From: Gonapodya sp. JEL0774
Taxonomy: Eukaryota
Direction: 5' to 3'
NCBI GenBank assembly: GCA_027604505.1
Contig: JADIIX010000165.1
Coordinates: 1-42,506, forward strand
Length of the DNA stretch: 42,506 bases
Below the pieces are notes generated by a model. It was not told the DNA's origin. It worked only from the letters and a program-made list of their open reading frames with translations, and searched no databases. The position numbers and the translations under genes were made by a program. Below, in pieces: positions 35,419-42,506 of the stretch (position 1 is its first letter; every line of letters starts with the position of its first letter).

Positions 35419-37447
35419 CTAGTCCTCTTCATCGTCGAATACAATCTTCTTGGCCGTTCCAGCGAGAGCCTTCCGCGCCTCCTCTGCCTTCTTCTGTTCA
35501 AGTTTCGCTTTCCACGACGGATGTATGTCCGCTGGCACTTCGAACGTAACAGGTTTACTCGCGTCGAGATTTGCTTGTGTCACCGCCGGCTTCAAAGTCG
35601 AGCCCTGTTTGCGCTCCACCTTAGAGTTCAGCCCCACATCGCTGACGTAAGATTTAAGCTTTCTGTCATGCTTTGATGGTGCATCGACACCTCGCGTTCC
35701 TACTGTTGACTCTGACACCTTGGCATTTGTAGACTGTTGCTTGGGGGGCAGAGGCTTGAGCTTTGCGTTCTCTCCATAAAGCCTCTCATACTCTCTGGAC
35801 GTCAAATCAAGGCACAGTTGAGTCGGTGAGTCGGCAGATGAATGAAAAGTAGAACCGATACTCACAGCCTCCTCGCACGCTGCCCCATGCGATTTTTCTT
35901 CTTGCCACCTTTCAGAACGGAATCTGCAGTTGCGGGTCTCTTCTGTGGAGACTTGCTGCTGCTGACGTCTGACGATTTTAAGGCTACGGCCAATTTCGCT
36001 TTGCTTTCTTGTTTGAGTGTACGGCCCCTTCCCGCGTCCGTTTTCAGCTTCTTTTTAGACTTGGCAACCTTGTCCTCATTGTCCGAATCCTCAACTTTCA
36101 AGTTCGCTTCTTGACCCCATACACCAGTGTTGTCGTCCTCATCCATCCAATCGTCCACTGGCGGAGGATCACTCCCAGAGTCTGAGTCTTCGTCGGATGA
36201 ACCCACAAGCATGGATGAATAAGAAGGCAGCGAGGATAGCGAGGGCGCATCTGAAGCGTTCCCGTCGTCTCCCCCATTTGCGTCGTCTTCGGAAGCGACG
36301 ACATCAGATTTCGAGGCCTTCGAGGCATCTTTCGATGTTGGCACTTTCGTCTTTTCGCCGGATTTTTCTCCGGATTCTTTTTTGCCCGTCAGAGCAGCTT
36401 CGATCCCAGCAGCGACGACCTTACTAGAAAGGATGCGCTTGGCGACAATGGATTCAAGAAGAGGATTGGGCGAGGGCGTTTCTGTCGTTTCTGGCGCAGG
36501 AGGAGGTGTGTTGTGCAGAAGTTTAAAGGAGGGATGTTCACGCGCATGTGCCATAAGTGGTGGGAGGAGAATGTCAACAGTGAGACGCTAAAGAGATGAT
36601 CCTCTGTGAACTCCTTATTTTACACTGCTCTGTGAGACCATTCATTAATCACCTTACAATCTTCAAACTCGCGCTCCAGTCTCTCAAGAATTTTCGTTTT
36701 GGTGCTGAGTACTTTGGCGTCAACAGTTTCTACTGATTTGATTTGTCTTGAGCAACGTGTAATAAAAGATCGATGGTTCACATCAATATTCCTTTATGAG
36801 GAAGTAGTGAGGAACGCACACTATCTTCTCCCTAGCGACACGCATGTTCTTGACGCATTTTCGGGTTTCGAATGATTTCGCGCGCTTCAGCAACCGCCGA
36901 AACAGACGTTCCTGGATAAGTCGGGGGGGGGGGGGGGGAGAACGCCGGGCCCATCCAGGCCCAGCAAGAGACACACACAGACGTAATACACGATAGTGGC
37001 NNNNNNNNNNCGCTGTTTCCCGTCATGCTGATGTTGACCTTTACGGCCCGGGCGCGGGCGCGCGGCGCGGGGGGGGGCCCCGCCCCGCGCATAAACGACG
37101 GGAACATCAGTGCCCAACAAAATACAAGCACTTACTAAATCCACTTTCAGGGCTGTAGTTTTCGACTTGCCTCTCTTTGCTTTGCTTTCACGACTCAAAG
37201 AAGAATTGCGAGTCTCATCCTCTGTCTCTGGTTCTGATGGTGCTGATTTACTCTGAGATACAGCATCTTTTGCAGAAGGTGACGCCTTGGGTGTCCTGCC
37301 AGTTTTAATCGTTGCTAATTTGGTCACCTCCGATGTTGCAACGTTTCCCTTCCCCGATCGTGGTTTCTTGGTTGTCCGCTCCCCGTCCCCACTGATACTA
37401 TCAAGATTGGCACTTTCTGCGCGTGTTCGTTTCTTCTCAAATCCCAT
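35419..37447 (-). CDS. BUD22: Bud22/SRFBP1-like ribosome biogenesis protein; an intron contains the assembly gap
   Basis: LKRAKSFETRK; KKNRMGQRARR..YERLYG; DIHPSWKAK; KKIVFDDED*. Confidence 0.85.
37001..37010. other. Assembly gap (10 N) with poly-G/GC-rich, probably low-quality flanks
   Basis: N run read directly; G homopolymers near 36923-36938 and 37068-37077. Confidence 0.95.
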
Positions 37448-37663
37448 CTTTGGATCAGATCCGATCTGTCGGTAATGGATGGGGAGCTCGCAAAACAAAA
37501 CTGACCACAACCCCGCCACAGCCTCACAAGGAACGAGAAATGTATATCAAGACAATTTGCATCGATTTATTCCCATAAATTAAATTCAGGTCCACAATTG
37601 GACGATGCTCTTCAGAGCTTCCCCGTACATGGTCTTCTAAAGAGTGACGCCAAATGTCGTAGA

Positions 37664-40600
37664 TCAACTCTCTGTCGCCCAATATTTTCCTGCTACAGTT
37701 GTTTTAAGTACTTCAACAACATCCACCTCCACCCTTTGAGTATCAATATCTTCCACGTCGCTGGCGTTCACGTCAATCCCACTAACAAGTGCTGATGAGC
37801 ACGTGAAACGCACCACCACAGTACCAGGCGTGCAACCCGGTTCCTCGGAAGCTTCTGGGGTCTCGAACCTCGCCAAAAGTTTCAAAGGGCCATTGTCTTC
37901 AGTAGTGTCCTCACCAGAGGAGTCCGGAACCCGCCACAGCAGCGCTCTCTTCTCTGCATTCCAGAGCCCCAAGGGTTTCATGCGAGCGTTTCCAATCGGG
38001 GCAGACCCACCCACAGTGACCATCACCTCAACGTTTGAAAGAGTAGCTCCACCACCGAGAGTCGCAAGTCGACTCCTCCCCGAATAATTGTAGCCAACAA
38101 GCAAGTCTGTATGTTCTACTGCAGTCTTCCACAGTGGCCGCACGACGAGCGGTGCAAACTCGTGCTTAGCATCATCGTCAATCCGAACCTGGTACTTGAT
38201 TAAGGGAACAAGCTGGTTCTGAGTGATGTCCTCCTCATCGGCGGAAGTTTCCGGATTGGACGATAGCGACACCTGGGCCAAGCTGGCAGCGTCGCAGTCC
38301 CACTCGCCACTGTGGAATGAAACCACACCTGAAATGGGAGTGGAGGGAGCGCTGGAAGGCCCATACTCAGCGACTGTAAGAAACTGCTCGTTCGCGATTA
38401 TTCTCTCCAGGTACTCGGGGTTCGAAATCTTGAGTCTGAATATGGGAGGATCCGAGCGACGTCTCTTGGAAGCAGTCGCAAGGAAATTGGCCAATCCACC
38501 TTCCACCGCGACGACTCCGACACTGACTTCACCCGTGACCAAGATCTTGTTGACGTGTCCACCGGCCGACATTGCGTTGATTGTTTCCGTGACATGTACA
38601 CGGATTCTCATTTTTGGAACCGCCACCGGAGACCCACCGGCAGAGATCTGCGGCAGGGACACGGAAGCGACGGCTGACGTTGGCGAGGAAGACACAAGGC
38701 GTAGAGGAGACGGGAGATTGGGTCGACTGATTGAGTTGTTCAGTAACTGCGATTTGGTTTCCAACACATCCTCTGAACGAGCTCGAGGAGGATCATGGAC
38801 TGCCTCATGACTTCCAGTCCGATCATGGTGATCGTCGACGCTCTTGTGGTACTCAGACGAAGCATGTCCCTCTCCATTTTGGTGTTCACTGTGTGTGCCA
38901 TCGTCGAACCGACCTTGCTCCTCGTGAATTCTGCCAACCTTCCTCGTTCCCTCACCCTCTCCACGTGTCTCCACCTTCTCGTCATCCCGGTCCTGCTCGT
39001 GCTCCTCACCCACCGTCGACGGTGCATCGGAATCTGCGTTAGCGGAAAACGGTGAGCTGTCGAATCTAAACGATGGTGGGGCGGTCATCGTGAAGCTCGG
39101 CGTGGCAAGCCCGTCAGCTCCCCTAAAGGACGACGGTGCCGGGCTCGTTCCACCTGTGGCATCAGTTGGAGCCCTTGAGTGTTGCGTATGCGTACGGCGT
39201 GGTTCCCCTCTACAACGAGAACGGAAAAAGATTTGAGGTGAGCATACCGAATCGTCTCAAACCACACCACACCACCAACAAAAGTCTGAACTCAAACCAA
39301 CACAATCCGTTCCAACTTACCTCCTTCTTGCTGGCACCGGCGGCGTCATCAATCCTCCCTGAATCGGCGCAGGCCCTTCTGGCCCGACCGACCCCATCTT
39401 TTTCGCCATGCCCTGCAACACCTTGCTCACATCCTCCTCCTCCCCGTCCACTGCAGTTTCTTTGATCTCCACCTTGAGCTTCCTCTGTCTCCTCCTGCTC
39501 TCCTCTTCCTCGTCGGAATCGTCGAATGCCTCAGTCGAGGGGGTCGCAAAGGGATCGTTGAAGGTCGAGGGGCGGACACGATAGCCGTCCGCATCATATT
39601 CAGGTGCAGGGCCGGAGAGAGCGGCGAGGTTGGGTGGCGGAGCCGGTTGGGTGGGTGGGAGAGCGGCGGGGGAGGAGGCGGGTTCGGGGAAGGCGTTGGT
39701 GGGGGTTTGGGCAATGGATTTGCTGGAGCGGCCCGCAGAGGACAGGCCACGAAGGCGGAACTTGGGAAACCTTTGTTTGAATGAGTGTGTGTGTTGTGTT
39801 GGGAGTGGGTTGGGGAGAGTAAACCGAAACCAAGTTGTGAATCCGGAATGCAAAACATTCCCTCGCCAAGTTAGCTACACCACGCCAAACTCACTTGAAA
39901 AACTTCTTATCATCCGACTGCATCGACATGGCCTCTTCTCTCCCCCTCCTCTCCTGGATCTCCTTCTTCTCCTTCTCGAGCCTCTCTTGCAACTCCTTCC
40001 TTTCCCTCTCCTGCTTCTCCTGCCTCTCCCTCTTCTCCTCCTTTTCCTTCTCCTTCCTCTCCCTATCGGCCGTTCCCCTCCCCGTCAACTTCGCCAACCC
40101 AGACGAAAACGACCCGGCCCTGGACTTGCGCAGCTGCGACTCCACAATCGAGGGTGACGGCACCGACCCAACGACACCATTGGGACCCAACGACCCGGCA
40201 GCGACGGACCTGACCTCGGACCCGTACCGAGACTCCATGGACGCCGACGTCCTCCTCGACGGCGAGCCCACACCCCCGGGGCCGCCGGCATCTGGTGCCC
40301 AGGGCCGATCGTGCGGCCAGCTGGAACTGGGACTTTCCGGCGAATTGTAATTGTTGGGCGCGCCCACCGAAGACCCGTCGGCGACCGTGGGCGGGAACGC
40401 GGCGTACGAGGACGGCGGGGACTGGGAGTAGGGGACGGGGGTGTGGCCCGGCTGGGGCAAGTGAGGTAACCGCGGTAAAGGCTGCGACGCCAGCTCGGGG
40501 GACAGCTGGGGTGCCATGACCGCCGCGGTCCCGATGGCGATCTCGGGCACGACCGGGGCAGCCGGGGTGTACCCCGACCCTGACCCACCCAGGCCGCCCA

Positions 40601-41768
40601 CCACACGCTCCTCCTCCATCCCAACCCGCCTCTCCTCATCCCTCTCCTCCAGAAGCCCCGTCCCCATCCCCATCCCCATCCCTGTCCCTGTCCCCGTCCC
40701 CGTCCGCGCGCCAAACCCGATCCCGATCCCGGCATTCCCGCTCCCAGCCCCCCCGCTCCCATGCGTCCCACCACTGCCTCCGTGATGCACCGACGCGGGC
40801 CGCGGGGCCATATCGTGCCACGGGCTAGCGTCCCCGTGGGCCACCGACGCGGGACGGGTGGATACGGACGCGGTGGGCGGGGTGAACGCGGAGGCGGGGC
40901 CGGGGGAGGTAAAGGGTACGATCCCGGCCGCCGCGATAGGGCCCGACGGCGGCCGAGTTGAGCTGGCGACAGATATCGACGTTGAATTCGTGGCGGTGGT
41001 GGTGGTGGTGGCGGCGGGGGCAGGGACAGGGACAGGTGTGGGTTGCGGACCGGGCGAGGGGGACGGCGAACGAGAGGGGCCAGGGGACGGGGACGTCGCG
41101 GAGATCCCCGCTTGCTGCGTGCCCCCGACCGCGTTCCCCGCCCCGTTCACCGACGCCTGCGCCTGCGCCAGCCCCTGCCCCTGCCCCATTCCAGCTCTCC
41201 CCGCGCCGACGCCCACGCCCACCTCGATCGCAATCTTCTCCAAACTCCTATCCATCAGATCCTGCACCTCGAGCGCCACCCCGCCCGTGCCGGCCACGGG
41301 GTCGGCCAGGGCAGGCGGGTCGGCGGGGACCAGGGACATCGAGAGGGGAGGGTTCGGGTCGGCGGAAAAGGGGGAGGGGGATGATGGGACGGACCGGAAC
41401 ACGGTGGCGCGGACCGGGGGGATGGGCGGCTGGTTGTGCCCCTGCCCCTGCCCGTTCTGCCCATTCTGCCCGGCCCCCACCTCCTCCAACGCCGCAAAGG
41501 CCCCCTCGTCCATCTTCAAGCTCCGCTCACTCCCGCTCACCTTCACCCCTCCCAATACCCCTCCCAGTGCACCCCCCCCGCCCCCTCCCCCGCCCCTCCG
41601 CCTCGCAAAGTCCGCCATCTCCCCCTCCACGCTGGCCTCCCCCGCCGCGCGCAGCATGTCCATCGCTGCACTGTCAAGGTCCCGCGCCTGGGCCGACGAG
41701 ATGAGCGCGTAGTTGGTGAGAAGGAGTTTGAGACGGTGGAGGCGGGTGGAGTCGGTGAGTTGGGCGCG
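37664..41768 (-). CDS. SYP1: Syp1/FCHO muniscin endocytic adaptor (end of F-BAR, long disordered linker, mu-homology domain); 5' part outside the window
   Basis: F-BAR-end-like helix RLHRLKLLLTNYALI...EMADFA. Linker motifs YDADGYRVRP, NDPF, KLKVEIK. mu-homology domain VTETINA..VTGEV...LIKYQV..PLVVRPLWK...WNAEKRALLW...KLLARF...AGKY. Acceptor ctcag ends at 41769. Confidence 0.85.
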
Positions 41769-42506
41769 CTGAGGGGGGTGGGGCGGGGAGGCGGGGAGGA
41801 ATTGGAGGTGTGGAGTGGAGTGGGGAAAAGGAGCAGGCGCAGTGAAACCCCGAAAGCGGCTGTGAGGTGAGATGTCGCCAAGGGATTCGGGTTCGCAAAC
41901 ACCTCATGGGAGGATTGCCTTGGATGCCGTCCCGACCTGCGTTTCGCCCCCCGGCCCCACCGCCCCACCGCCCCGCCACGTGGCCCACGTGGCCACGTTC
42001 CCCACCACCTTTCGCCCCGATGCAGCGGTGCTGCGGTGCTTGAGCCCGCCCCGTCCCCAGTGTCCCCCGTCCGCATCTCCGCATCTCATGGGGCTGCATC
42101 GTCCCTGGTCCTACCCAGCTCATGTCCCGCGTGGCCCGCGTTGCCATGTGCACGGCCAACCCCAAACCCAATTCGGGGGGAAACCAAACACGGTAGGTAC
42201 ACTGTACGGTCCACCAAACCCTCGTGCACACAACGTGCCACGCACCACCTCCCTGGGCCGGGGCTCCAAGTCTGGTTTACGTGGCGAGCGGCATGTCGTT
42301 TTTTTTGGGGGGTTTGGTTCTTTGGTGTTCGTCCGGGGGGGGGGGGCGGGGGGCGGGTCGGAGGGGCGGGGGAAGGGGGGAGGGGGGAGGGTAAGGAGAA
42401 GGGCGCGGTACAGGGGGTATCGTCGGTGATGAGGTGCGGTCATCCCAACCGTCCCCACCCTTATCCTCTTCGCCTGTACTCCATTACGGTCCTCCCCCAC
42501 CTCCTG

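Noticed and set aside
36887..37131. ORFs and GC-rich palindromic sequence spanning the N gap, as a possible mobile element
   Set aside because: Contig-end sequence with homopolymer runs inside a BUD22 intron; likely low quality, with no TIR/TSD or transposase.
40085..42500. Many long overlapping ORFs on both strands (e.g. 40858-41712 +, 41872-42429 +)
   Set aside because: They are antisense or off-frame shadows of the GC-rich, stop-poor Syp1 exon and intron, with low-complexity translations.
1..42506. Selenoprotein (in-frame UGA/SECIS) or alternative genetic code
   Set aside because: The in-frame stops I examined are explained by introns, and no conserved Cys position was seen replaced by TGA.

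Overview
This is intron-rich eukaryotic genomic DNA with short GT-AG introns and compact intergenic spacers, holding about 16 protein-coding genes. It most likely comes from a zoosporic (flagellated) early-diverging fungus: fungal-type lanosterol synthase, Nur1/Mug154, Bud22 and Syp1 occur alongside CEP131, NPSN and a CatSper-tau/C2CD6-like gene. Gene order: Nur1/Mug154(+), SAMHD1-like HD dNTPase(-), NPSN Qb-SNARE(-), EMC8/9(-), Eaf3/MRG15(-), CEP131(-), C2CD6-like(-), ERG7(+), CxxC membrane protein(-), PNPOx-like split-barrel protein(-), MLKL-like 4-helix bundle + LRR protein(-), MCT-type MFS transporter(+), alpha/beta hydrolase(-), S45 penicillin/AHL acylase(+), Bud22(-), Syp1/muniscin(-, 5' end outside the window). 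The most notable items are an MLKL-like death domain joined to LRRs with no NOD domain, a CatSper-tau-like C2 protein next to CEP131, and an intron-rich bacterial-type Ntn acylase paired divergently with a hydrolase. All family calls come from motifs recognised by eye, and exon boundaries were inferred manually; no searches were run. I found no tRNA, rRNA, CRISPR array or transposon. There is one 10-N assembly gap.
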